From: Eutreptiella sp. 'Long Island Sound 2002'
Lineage: Eukaryota; Protista; Euglenida
NCBI GenBank assembly: GCA_964036045.1
Contig: OZ038378.1
Span: 178,746,001-178,810,000, forward strand
Direction: 5' to 3'
DNA: 64,000 nt
Under the pieces are notes generated by a model. The model was not told the origin of the DNA and ran no database searches. It worked only from the letters and a program-made list of their open reading frames with translations. The position numbers were made by a program, and so were the translations under genes. Positions within the stretch are counted from its first letter, which is position 1, and every line of letters starts with the position of its first letter. Positions 48,679 through 59,960 of this stretch are shown here, in pieces.

Positions 48679-49803
48679 TCACTGTGCCCTGGCCCCTATG
48701 CGCCGCACAGTCTGTGCCGCCGCTGCCACATTGTTCACACACAAAGCATCCACTCCGGCTCTAAGTGCACTTTGGACATCTGTCTGATTGTCCACGGAGT
48801 GGCCTTTCCACCAAAGCATGACCTGCAAACGCTGCGATTGCAGCGCTTGGACGAAGGCGAATGTAGAGGGCCATGGGGTCTGCAAAGTGTTGAAGTCATA
48901 CCGGACGTGGACCCAAGTAGCTGAATACCTTGTGGCCCATTGTATGATGTTCTGGGTTTGCGGAGTTGGTCGACCATCGTCATTGTACAACAGCCCTAGA
49001 TCAAATGGCAGCCAATCCCTCGCCAGGCCACACATGCCGTTCAATAATGGTTGCAGTAGATCCTCCGGCTTATACCCGTTGGGACAGCGGTCAGGGTTGC
49101 GTGTAGCTTGATGGCGCAAAATGGTGCACCCACTCTCTGGCGCAAGCTGGAACGTGGATACACGGGAAATGCAGGCGGGGTATGCCCGTGCTAAGCGGGC
49201 CAACTCACATGCTAACTGGGGCTTGGAGCCTTTCATTTCCACCTGAAGTCGTACTCGGCCACACAGTTGCTGCATTATATCACGAAAAAGTGGCAACTGG
49301 CCCCACCTTGTCGCAGAAGAGGAATTGGTTTGGTGCATGTACTCCCTTATTGCAGCCTCTTGTGCTTCTTCTGTCAGAGCTGCATACTCTTCAGCTCGGG
49401 CGAGCACTCTGCTGATCACACCCCGTGCAGAAGAATCACGAGTTACATGCCCAGCCCATGGGGCGCGCAGCATCAGGGGTTCCTGGAAGCGTTTCAGGGA
49501 AGCCTGCTCCAACTGGAAATCCGGAGCAGCCACCACCGTTTCGGCGCATCTTCCTCCCGAATTGCCTCCTCCACCATGGACCACGACAACTTCCCCATCT
49601 GCAGTCATCCAGACGTCCAGTTCCACTTCAGCTACTCCAGACCTGATGGCTGCCTCAAAAGCGGCGATGGTGTTCTCAGGCACAAGAGCCTCACAGCCCG
49701 GCACTGAGCACCCAGACCCACGGTGCCCCACAATCTGCACCCCAAAGATTTGGGGCAACAGGACTACCAGCAGCCGCAGAAACTGCAGCCATGCGACCAG
49801 CAT
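48679..49803 (-). CDS. Intronless glycerophosphodiester phosphodiesterase (GDPD) with signal peptide, 374 aa; probable retrogene
   Basis: Motifs IVGHRG, PENTIAAF, EVELDVWMTADGEVVVVH and VEMKG. N-terminus MLVAWLQFLRLLVVLLPQIFG is signal-peptide-like. Confidence 0.88.
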   Translation of the reverse strand: MLVAWLQFLRLLVVLLPQIFGVQIVGHRGSGCSVPGCEALVPENTIAAFEAAIRSGVAEVELDVWMTADGEVVVVHGGGGNSGGRCAETVVAAPDFQLEQASLKRFQEPLMLRAPWAGHVTRDSSARGVISRVLARAEEYAALTEEAQEAAIREYMHQTNSSSATRWGQLPLFRDIMQQLCGRVRLQVEMKGSKPQLACELARLARAYPACISRVSTFQLAPESGCTILRHQATRNPDRCPNGYKPEDLLQPLLNGMCGLARDWLPFDLGLLYNDDGRPTPQTQNIIQWATRYSATWVHVRYDFNTLQTPWPSTFAFVQALQSQRLQVMLWWKGHSVDNQTDVQSALRAGVDALCVNNVAAAAQTVRRIGARAQ

Positions 49804-49835
49804 TACCAACGGAGGCCAGAGGTCATTGAAAGCCT

Positions 49836-49859
49836 GGAAAAAAAAAAGACACTGAGACA
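49836..49859 (-). other. Degenerate spliced-leader relic upstream of GDPD
   Basis: TGTCTCAGTGTCTTTTTTTTTTCC matches the SL 3' 24-mer at 20/24 positions without gaps and is followed by AG. Confidence 0.7.
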
Positions 49860-50269
49860 ATTAGTGGGGAGCAAGTCTCACTAAAACACTTTCGGAACCC
49901 ATGCCACAATGAATCATCAGGCTACTACTGGTTGATGGATTGCTACTGATCATCTTGTTGATCGTTGATGACATTGATGCACCGACATCGCAGCGTAATG
50001 CATCCGGAAAGGACGCTACGCAGGTCATCGCTACCCGATTACATGGGAGGCTCTCACAGTACTGTCTCCTGCTGGAATTCCTCCGCGAGGGGGTCTCCCT
50101 CCCACTACCTAACCCCAATCCATTGCTCCCTCCGGAACTAGTACGCGCGGGACATTTGAGGCGTCCTTTCATCTTTCCACATCTGTGTCCCTGCGCCATA
50201 GTTGGAGCAAAGTTCTTGTATCGGGTGAGGAGTATATCTTTGTAGAGCCCGAAAAAATGTAGTAGTCTT

Positions 50270-50790
50270 TGAGGTAGGTGGGCATCCGCCTCCTTGTTGA
50301 GGGCCCTGTGGACTACAGCAAAATTGTCTGTGCAATTTCCAATGCATCCAGATACAGCGTGTCCCAAAACTCTCTACATGTCGCCAAGATTCTGGCTTTT
50401 TGGCCATGAGATTCGACCATGGGACACCTGCGGTTATGGCGTAACGAATGTGACCGGAGGCTGTCATCAGCGACATCTATGGAATAATGATGTTGGGAGA
50501 TGGAACGCCCCTCACGACCTTGAGACCAGGGGCATCATATGCACCCATCCCATTCAGCGCCTAGAATTTGAAATTGTGGCTGGAACTGCAGATTTACTGC
50601 GTTGATATCCAACCCACCATCGTCAACAATGCGGACAAGTTGTTGGCATTGACCACAGCATACAGAAACAAACTCTATGGTTGAGATGTAGACATTTTGC
50701 ACAGGTCGCGTAATCCGCAATCCCCCAGTTGGCTTCACATATGAATGTCACATCGAAATAACATATTTGGGGGACTCGTTGAAAGCGATG
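50270..50790 (-). pseudogene. Decayed retroelement RNase H fragment (archaeal/plant-L1-like type)
   Basis: Across frames: ICYFDV, GAEWDGCI, VADDS and LYLDALE..FAVVHRALNKEADAHL. Confidence 0.5.
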
Positions 50791-53465
50791 GGTCACCTGG
50801 GACATGCCTTGCTTTGGAAGTTGCAAACATAGAAAAGAATTGGGTGCACACAACAGGAATGTGGGAGCAACCCATGGATCACCAAAGGAGCAAACCATGT
50901 TGGGATCCATACCTCCGTTCCATGACTCCTAAACACCAATTGATGCAACAGACTAGGAGCACCACACCTCCCTAGCATGGCAAACAAAAGGGAGTACAAA
51001 TTGGGCCTGCACACCAAAAAAGCACCCGGTTGTAGGCTTTCTAAATTTTTTTCAAAAAAAAAAGCTTTCTAACGTTTTCTGTTTTTTTATCAAATAGGCT
51101 TCACAAGTTCAGTCCCGGGACTGTGAAGGGCAGATGTACAAGATGTAGAGCAGGTTTCGGCAAGGGCAGCCGGGGTAGCCATACAGGGTGCAGCTTGTGA
51201 TTGGCCCCCGAAGGTGTCTCCAACAGGATACACGGTCAGTGTAATAGCATGCCCCACTTGTTGGGATCCAGTGTGCCTTATGGCGTTTTGGAAGTGGAAC
51301 CTTTCTAACATTTTATTTCGTAAAAAAACAAAAAAAATTTAGATTGAGTCTACCTTTCTAAGAGGTTCCCAAGGCAGAGGCACAACCCATTTATCTTCAA
51401 GCAACGCAAGATAGTTGCCACCTTATTTTTTCTTACGAAGCTGCATCAATTTCACAACAGTACGAATAAGCCTCCGTAGAAAGTACACTCACAGTATACA
51501 ACATACTGTCTTGCCCTATCAAGGAAAGGGATCATGCACAACACAGAACGGGCTACTTGTATTCTTGACCTAAGCATACCCGCAGTGCGACATTGAGTCG
51601 CCACACCCTTGTGTTTGCACACATCACTTCATCTCACGCAAGATAGTGGCCATCCTACAATAAAAACAAGGGCCACCGCTGCCGTTTGGGAGTATGCCTC
51701 CCACTTATTTCCCACTGCGGAAACGGGGCCTCCTCCTCTCCCTGAGTGCACCCAACTCAAGCTTCCGTGTGCTATTGGATTGCCTCACCGTGCAAGGGGT
51801 GGCCTACGCAGGTGCCACTAGTCACCCGACCCCTGTCCCATGCACCCGGGACGATCTCCCCTTCCATGCATGTGGTCAAACCCACCAAGCTCGGGCCGTT
51901 CTTGACCGCAGGCCCTAGATTTACGAGGATTTACAGTGCTTTTGGCCCCCGGCCCCCACCTTGTGTAAATTGGTGTGAATTTTCCCAAAAGTGGCGTAAA
52001 TTTCCTTCAAAAAAGTGTAAATTTAAGAAAAGGATGGTGTCACTCAACAGCTCAACCAATATGCACAACTCATAAAAAAAGTAGTGTAGACTTTTGTGAT
52101 TGGTTGCTTGGGCCTTGTGACCCCAAGTGGCATTTTCCCACCGTTTGCATGGTTGGTTTGGTGTTTGGATTAGAAAATGTGTGTATACATACTTATATAT
52201 ACCGGCAGGTAGGGTTTGTTTTAGGTGGGTTTGCCCAAGCACTGCCGGGGGGTAGAGGGGGTCATGAGGGATGGGGAATGCACGATGGACCCAGGCTGCG
52301 GTCCAAATTTTGTGTTGCCACAAGGGCATAAAGATGCTGAAAAATTGAGAAACAAAGGGCAAAATTTTTGGTGCACTCTGGGCAGAGGAGGGGGGTCGTT
52401 GCGGCTGGGGTGGGTAAATACGTTAGTTTCGTTGTATGTTGTTAGTTTACAGTGTGTGGGAGGGTGAGTGGATACATACACAAGTTACAAACAAGAGTTA
52501 CGCAATCAGTTTTGCAATTTCCTTTGTGGCGGGGTGGGGAAGCATCCCAAACCTAGTAGAAACCTGCCACCACGTCCTGAACCAGGGCTGGTTCAGCCTT
52601 CTCCTGAAAGCTGTGGCACAGCGGAAACACACCGGCCTTAAGCCTTTCACACAAGTGCACCTTTAGAGCTAAAAACTGATGCACCACCTTGGGGGGGGGC
52701 CAAGTACAGCCGCAAAATGCGTGGCAATGAGGTGCACGGACTCATTTGCATAGCTTGCCAACGCAATGCCGTCCGAGGGGTTGCGCAGGGGGGGGGGGAC
52801 TTGGAATGGCGTCCAACCAATGCACACGAAGTAGATCAGGATTGGGCTCACCTGATCAAGAGTGCCATCGGCCCCCATTTCTGAGGTTGGAGATGGATTG
52901 GAAGAATCTGAATTGGACGATGACTCACTGCCTGAGGGCGTGGAACCACTTCCGTGCTTTGCATGCCACCTGTTTTTTCCGTCCAGTGAATTTATGCTGA
53001 AATCAGAAATACAAGATTTGCTCCAACGACATCTTCGTGTGTTGCATGCCGGCACACTTGACTGGAACCCAAAGAACGCACTCTTCAAATTTGGTCCAAA
53101 TTCCCAGATTGTGGCACAAGAACAAGCATAGACCATGAATGTTGGTTGTCATTTTTCTTATCATAACAACTGTGGTCCACCTGCTTGTCTCAGCAAGTGG
53201 CCCAGAGCACCTGTGGGCGCAATGTCAAACATGTTGCACAAATTCTGCACATGGGCAGTCATTACAGGCATGCAGTGCACATTTGCAATTGGGGGCGGGG
53301 GAATAGAAGACACGGGACAATGTGGGGGGCTGTTGCAGAGAGTGCTGGCCTTGACAAATCGAGGGGTGTGTGTTGTTGCACTAGTGTGGATGGTTGGGAC
53401 GAGGAGGAGTTTGTTGCGGATGGGAGGGAGCGTTGAGAACTGGGGCTAAAAAAAGTCAATCAGAA

Positions 53466-54111
53466 CTATAACTTTGTGGCCTTGCATGGGGATAGGAAGG
53501 AGGCGGAGGAGCTGGTAGGAGAGGGTGTGGAGCTAAAGAAATCTGTGATGGTTCTGCGTGGTGTGGATGGCGGGCGGCGGGGGGGGAGGGGACAAGGGGA
53601 AGGGGGGTCTTTGGAAAATGACTCCTCTTTGTTTGAAATGCTTTTCAACAAAGAGGTATACACAGTGATCCACTGAGCATCACTCGTGGGGGAAGGTAGG
53701 GGCCTCACACGGGCACGCTTGGCGCGTTCTAGTGCACAGTCGCGCACCAAATGATCCACAGGGGAAAAATGCTTCCCTGCTCTCAAGCGGTGTGCTTCTT
53801 GACAGCTAGCCTTTACTTGGGTTTTTAAAGGCAATAACCCTGCAACTGAGCACCGCGTGAGCTTCTTGACAGTTAGCCTTTACTTGGGTTTTTAAAGGCA
53901 ATAAACCTACAACTGAGCACCGCTTGTCTACTATCCCTTTTGCTACCTTCTGTTGCAACGCCCATCTTTGTTGGACACTCTGATTTCTGTCCTTCAAAGG
54001 GGTGGAGGGAAACATCTCTTCCACGAAAACATGTTCCGAATTCCGAAATTCTTCATAGGGGGTGCGTGGCACAGGAAAAGGTTTAAAAGACAAAGCAATG
54101 ATGTCCGACAT
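53466..54111 (-). pseudogene. ~192-aa ORF broken by a 67-bp internal tandem duplication
   Basis: The duplicated units start at 53794 and 53861. Removing 67 nt fuses the two ORF-track frames. The ATG lies 5 nt after ttttctgcattttaccag. Confidence 0.55.
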
Positions 54112-54724
54112 TTTTCCTGGTAAAATGCAGAAAACCCAGAAATGGTGCTGAAAAAATATACTTGTTTATTCCTCCTTTCTAAGCGACTGGGAGTGTTAGA
54201 AGGAGAGGTCGCGGCCACCTTTATAGCTCCCGAGGGATGGGGGGGGTCTGAGTGCGTATTTCACTTAGCCCACTGTATAAGGGGGTTGGGCATCGCGACT
54301 CCTGAGGAGGAGCCTTGGGCGCCCCCAGTCCTCAGTTTTTTCTTTTGCCCCCTCCGCTAATTGAATACGCCAAAAAAGGGTGTTACACCTGTCGGACATC
54401 AGCCATCACGGTTGAGCGCACTAGGGGAACTGCCCCCCTAGGCCCTGCCCGTGCTCCTTTTATACCCCATAGGGCCCGTCGGGAGTTAAGTCCGGAATTT
54501 TTTTCAGTTCACTGGGTAAAAAATACCCAAATTTTTGTTTCATGAACGGTCCTGACCTTCGAGCCCCTTTCCTGGACCCCCCCCCTCCTTCGGAGGGCTC
54601 GAAGCCCCCCCCCCCCCCCCCCACGCAAACCTTTTTTCCCCTTCCCATGGGCCTTTGGTTGGTTGCTGTTATTTCCTTGAGGCTGTTGGGCATAATGCCA
54701 AGAGAGCTGAAAAAGACAACCACA

Positions 54725-55861
54725 CAAGCCAGCCCCCAAATCGGCGAAGAAATCCCAACAAATCGGTGAAGAAATCCCAACAAATCGGCGAAGAAATCCC
54801 AACAAATCGTTGAAGAAATCCCAACAAATCGGCGGACCGATTTTTCGCCGAAACAGGTTCCCAGTGACCTGGATCTCAGTCCCTGGGCCCAAACACACCT
54901 TCCTTTTGGTTGCTCAGTTGTTGGAGTCATGTGGTAACCCAAAATATGTCTCAATTTTCCAAAAAAAAAATTCGTATCTCGGTCTGTACATGGTCCCTGA
55001 GCAGTAGCATGACATTGCAAGGCGGTGGTCTCGTGGTATAAACATCAGTCAATATTTCTTCTGGCGTGGGATTGATACCCACTGGTTACAGACCGGAATT
55101 TTTTTTGGCATTTTTTGTCACCTGTTTGGCTGAGAAAATTGGTTTTCCATGCACAAACAAAGCTTGCCAGAAGAAGATCAGTGCACACAGACTGGCCATT
55201 TGCATCTCCGTGTGTGCTGCGTGGGTGTGCAGCTCTGATCTGCAACCAACCCTGTGGCCGACCCTGTGGCAGCAGTAGAAGACTCTGCACCAGACGCTGA
55301 AGGCTCCACAACCCCAGGTTCCACTGACTCTGTGGCCAAAGGCATGGCTGCACCAGACACAACTAGAGGAGCCGAAGGCAGTTGCGGCCCAGAATCCAAT
55401 GATTGGGGGGCTGATGATGATGTGCTTCGAGAACGGCGGCCGAAGAACGAACTGGGGCGTGCAGAGCGAACACACAAGTCGCAAACTGCCCCCTGACCAG
55501 CATCAGGGTACTTGTCCCGCAGAAAAGTTTGATCATCAGGGGACAATGAATCCCAGGGGACCACAGACTCGCCTTTTCGTGGGCAGTAAAAACACTTCAT
55601 GGTGCCAATCTGAACAACCAATATAGAAAGAAAAGGTATTCTCTAGTGTCCCAAAATAAATGATGCACATCCTAGAGTGACACCTCCCAATCAGGTGTCC
55701 TAGAATCCCAGAAACCCCAACAAGTCGGCAGAATGAATCGGCGGAATTCAGAAACCCTACAAATCGGCAGAACAAATCGGCGGAATTCAGAAACCCAACA
55801 AATCGGCAGAACAAATCGGCGAAATCGGCCGAATTCGGCCGCCGATTTGGGGGCTGGCTTG
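54725..55861. mobile_element. 1137-bp TIR element, perfect 22-bp TIR, 6-bp TSD ACCACA
   Basis: CAAGCCAGCCCCCAAATCGGCG and CGCCGATTTGGGGGCTGGCTTG are flanked by ACCACA. AAATCGGC-based tandem repeats occur at both ends. Confidence 0.85.
55178..55600 (-). CDS. 140-aa C4 zinc-finger-like ORF inside the TIR element (possible truncated transposase N-terminus)
   Basis: MKCFYC-x33-CDLC followed by a low-complexity tail. The ATG lies 9 nt after a pyrimidine-rich ...ttgttcag acceptor. Confidence 0.5.
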   Translation of the reverse strand: MKCFYCPRKGESVVPWDSLSPDDQTFLRDKYPDAGQGAVCDLCVRSARPSSFFGRRSRSTSSSAPQSLDSGPQLPSAPLVVSGAAMPLATESVEPGVVEPSASGAESSTAATGSATGLVADQSCTPTQHTRRCKWPVCVH

Positions 55862-56069
55862 ACCACAAGAGAGCTAAAAATGGCTTCGGACCTTGAAATA
55901 ATATACCATGGCATGATTTGCACACTTTTGTTGTGCCACATTTTGCCATTCCAAATTTTGCCTGTTCCTAACTTCTCCTTCCCCGGTATTTGTTGCCAGT
56001 GTCGGGCTTCATCCGAACCCTCTTTGTCAGGCGTATTCTACAGGCTCGGGGGATGGGGTCGACGAAGGA

Positions 56070-57434
56070 TCAGGGAATTCTGTGGAGGCGAAACTGAAGC
56101 AAAGGTGCATCACTGAGCGTCGCAAGCGCCTGGGCACCGCTGTCTCCCAGTGACCGTCGCGCAAACTGAAGGGTCAGGGTCCGAAGCGAGGGGGCCTCCC
56201 CCAGTGCAGCAAGAGCCTGGGCGGTGCTGTCCCCCACGGGATTAAAGTGAAGGTTCAGATCCAGGGTACGAAGGAACGGGGCATGCCTCAGTGCGGCAAG
56301 CGCCTGGGCCCCGCTGTCGGGCACGGAATTGTCGGTGAGATTGAGGCTGAGGCTCCAAAGCGAGGGCGCATCCTTCAATGCAGCCAATGCCACGGCACCA
56401 CCAGCCCCCACTGCGTTCCCCGCGAGGGCCAAGGCTAAGTCCCGGAGAAGAGGTGCGTCCTTCAGCGCAGCGAGGGCCTGGGCCCCGGGGACTCCCACGG
56501 AGTTCTGGGTCAGATCCAAATGGAGCGTCTGGAGGGACCGGGCCTCCCACAGGCCGCTAAGCGCCCGTGCACCGCAGTCTCCAACGGCGTTCGCCGTGAG
56601 GTCGAGGGTCAGCGCGCGCAGTGAGGGCGCGTGCCTCAGCGCCGCGAGCGCCGCCGCGCCGTCCGCCCCGACGGAGTTGCGCGTGAGATCGAGGGTCAGG
56701 GTCTGCAGGGCCGGGGCCTCCCTCAGCGCCGCCAGCGCCTGCACGCCCCCGTCCCCCAGGGCGTTCCGCGCGAGGCGGAGGGTGAGGGTGTGGAGGCACG
56801 GCGCCGCCTTCATTGCCCCGAGGGCCCGGCCCCCGCGGGCCTTCAGGGCGTTCCACGTCAGGTCGAGGCTCAGAGCGCCGAGCAGAGAGGCGTGTCCCAG
56901 CGCCGCCAGGGCCTGGGCCCCGCTGTCGCCGACGCCGTTCCAGCTCAGATCGAGGGCCAGGCTCCGGAGCGCCGGCGCGTGCGTCAGGGCGGCGAGGGCC
57001 TGGGCGCCGCCGTTCCCGACGGCGTTCTTGGCCAGCGCGATGGTCAGTTTGTGGAGGTGCGCCGCGTCGTGCAGCGTCGCGAGGGCCTGGGCCCCGCGGA
57101 CGGACACCGGGTTCCCGTTGAGATCGATGGCCAGGGTCCGCAGTGACGGGGCGTCCCTGAGCGCTGCCAGTGCCTGCGCACCGCTGGGCCCGATGGAGTT
57201 GCCGCCAAGGGCAATGGTCAGGGCACGAAGCGAAGAGGCAGTCCTCATTGCGCCAAGTGCTTGCGCACCGCTATCCCCCACCGAAGTCTCCCAAAGCTCG
57301 AGCGTCAGAGTCCGCAGCAAAGGCGCCGCCCCTACTGCACTCAGCGCCTGGACGCCGCTGTCGCCCAATGAATTCCTTCCAAGATTGAGGGTGAGGGTAT
57401 GGAGTGCAGGGCAGTCCTTTAGGGCTGCAAGCGC
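56070..57434 (-). CDS. F-box/LRR protein, exon 2 (~16 RI-like 28-aa LRRs)
   Basis: Acceptor (CT)n-gctcag|GCG. Repeat unit ALAALxDAPxLxTLxLDLxxNxVGDSGAQ. Confidence 0.88.
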   Translation of the reverse strand, partial: ALAALKDCPALHTLTLNLGRNSLGDSGVQALSAVGAAPLLRTLTLELWETSVGDSGAQALGAMRTASSLRALTIALGGNSIGPSGAQALAALRDAPSLRTLAIDLNGNPVSVRGAQALATLHDAAHLHKLTIALAKNAVGNGGAQALAALTHAPALRSLALDLSWNGVGDSGAQALAALGHASLLGALSLDLTWNALKARGGRALGAMKAAPCLHTLTLRLARNALGDGGVQALAALREAPALQTLTLDLTRNSVGADGAAALAALRHAPSLRALTLDLTANAVGDCGARALSGLWEARSLQTLHLDLTQNSVGVPGAQALAALKDAPLLRDLALALAGNAVGAGGAVALAALKDAPSLWSLSLNLTDNSVPDSGAQALAALRHAPFLRTLDLNLHFNPVGDSTAQALAALGEAPSLRTLTLQFARRSLGDSGAQALATLSDAPLLQFRLHRIP

Positions 57435-57438
57435 CTGA

Positions 57439-57440
<2 letters not shown>

Positions 57441-57483
<43 letters not shown>
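57441..57483. repeat. (AG)n microsatellite forming the acceptor polypyrimidine tract
   Basis: Lies directly upstream, on the minus strand, of the exon 2 acceptor. Confidence 0.95.
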
Positions 57484-57485
<2 letters not shown>

Positions 57486-59246
57486 AAGGGCGTGAGCATT
57501 ACCCATGGCATGTGCCATGGCACACACATCACCCCCCCCCTCCCAAACACACACCCATACACTTAAGAAACGTGGAAAGTAGGCTGGGCTAAAGCATGTC
57601 CTGAGTGTTTGAAAAGCTCATCAGGTGGATTTACAACATGTACAGTTCGTGAGACAAATCGCATCCACTGGCACCTTTCTGTTCAAGAAGCAACAATTGT
57701 GCATCCAATTCTAGCGTCGGTTCACAGGGGTTGAGAGGCAGGCCGTCATGCACTGAGGTCCAGACCAACCACACTACCAGGAAGCTACACACATAGACCA
57801 GATCACTATGTTGTCTTGTGAGGCATCAAAATCCGCATCCCGAATCCCTATACCCCGAATGCCTTGTACTGCCAAATTGGGTTTCAGCAGCCACAAACTG
57901 TAGTGCCACCCTGTGAGAATGCTTGTTTTGTAGCCTTCGATTATGTGCCTTCTATTGAGCCCATGAGCAAGGTTGTCAAGAAATGAATTTGCTGAAGAGA
58001 CATAGCGCCCTTGTGAGTGTGGTTCTTTGACCGCACGCAAGTGTCTCTCTTGCTGAAGATGATTGCGATGGTTGTTGGTCGGATCACACCAGGCCCTGCC
58101 ATGCAATCACAGCTGCTTTTCTAGCTCTAGTCAATTTCGTTTGCACTATCTTGAGCACACCAGCGTCGGTTCTTTTTCAAAGTCACTCCGACGCTCAACA
58201 TATGCTTACGGACCCATGTGGGCTCAATTTCATTGAATTGCTTCTGCAATCCCAATTCGCGGGTGCTGGTCTGATTTCAGGTTTGAGTGGCATTACTCTG
58301 CCATGTGCTGCAAATTTAATGCTAAAAGAGAGACCAGTCCACATCATCCTCTGGAGGTTAGAACCAAATAACACCACATTTTTTTTGACATGTTCTCTCA
58401 GGGAAGCCAGGGAATCGTCACGCACAACTGATTGCATAGCAAATGGGCGGCGAGTTACACCAGGCGTTGGACTGGCTTTCTGTGCGAGCACATCTGATGC
58501 CAGCCCACTGTTAACACTGAAACACTACGCCACTATGGCAAGGTGACTCCGACTGAGGGGCGAATGTGCTCTGGTTTCTTGTACCCCCTTTGCCCCCCCC
58601 TCCCCCGCCTGCACCATGTTGTCCCCCCAGGGGGGCTGGGGAACCATTTCCTTGGCGACCACCAAAAATCGGTAAAGTGGCAAACCTTCAAGGTGGACGT
58701 ATGTGGGGTGCCTTGAGTGCAGTGCAACTATCTGGCCACCGGGGCAGATCACGTCACTTGTGGAACAAAATTATGTGTCTCCCAGCATCACTCGACGTTG
58801 AGTGGCTAAACACGACGGCTCACCCCCGGCCCCCAACGAAAATGTGGCACGAGTGGCACACAGCAAGGCACCACAGTACCAGAGCACGGCGTGACGGACC
58901 GGTAGTCAGCACGAGGGGCCCCTGAATCTGGGCAAGCACAACAGTGCCCTCTGAACGTTCGAAATGCACGGCAGCCATGCGCAGCCATGTCACCGTGGTC
59001 AATCAATATCCATGGCTGAAATGCTACGTCAGGGGCCGGGGTGTGTGTCGTGCTGCGCACCTTGAGGTAATTTACAAGCCCATCTCTCATGCTTCATGGG
59101 GGTGCGAACGACAAACGGACTTCTGCAGTGATGTCTTTGGGCCGACAGTTGAGCAGGACAAGGCTTTGCTGCATTCTACACTACATTCTGCAGAAAACAC
59201 ACGCACGCACGGACGCGCGCACACACACATACACACGAATGCAACG

Positions 59247-59499
<253 letters not shown>

Positions 59500-59540
59500 G
59501 ACTGAAACAGACACACGTGCACGCGCGCACGCACACGCAC

Positions 59541-59960
59541 CTGTGCACCGCTGCACTTCACCGCATTCCAACTGAGATCCAGACTCAGAGTCTCAAGTGA
59601 AATTGCATCCTTCAGGGCAGCAAGGGCCTCTGCCCCACTGTCCCCCACTGTATTCCCTGCGAGATTCAGCGTCAGGGTACGAAGTAAGGGCGCATCCTTC
59701 AGCGCAGCAAGTGACCGGGCTCCTCTGTCACCCACACAAAGAATGCCCCAGAACTGCAGATCCAGTGCAGCAACCTGCAGCACCTCCGGACTGTATACGA
59801 ATGCCATCACCTGCTCCGCCTCCACGGTGCGTCTGCACGTGCCTTTAATGTACCTTTCTCCCAGACACTCCCGGAGGCGTTGGCAGACCCGCCTCAGCGA
59901 TTCTGACTGCAAAAATGCAGAGATGAGGGTGAAGACATGAAATGGCAAGAGCAACAACAT
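59541..59960 (-). CDS. F-box/LRR protein, exon 1
   Basis: cactgcag|GTCAAAC ATG. Encodes F-box-like LLLLPFHVFTLISAFLQSESLRRVCQRLRECL and two LRRs; donor CAG|gtgcgt. Total ~594 aa. Confidence 0.8.

Noticed and set aside
54247-54261. 13/15 match to the SL core
   Set aside because: The flanks do not match and it sits in a G-rich repeat; borderline chance.
56329-57438. 369-aa plus-strand ORF
   Set aside because: Antisense shadow of the GC-rich LRR exon.
57770-58550. Intronic ORFs of 98-131 aa in the LRR gene
   Set aside because: No recognisable motifs; probably decayed repeats.
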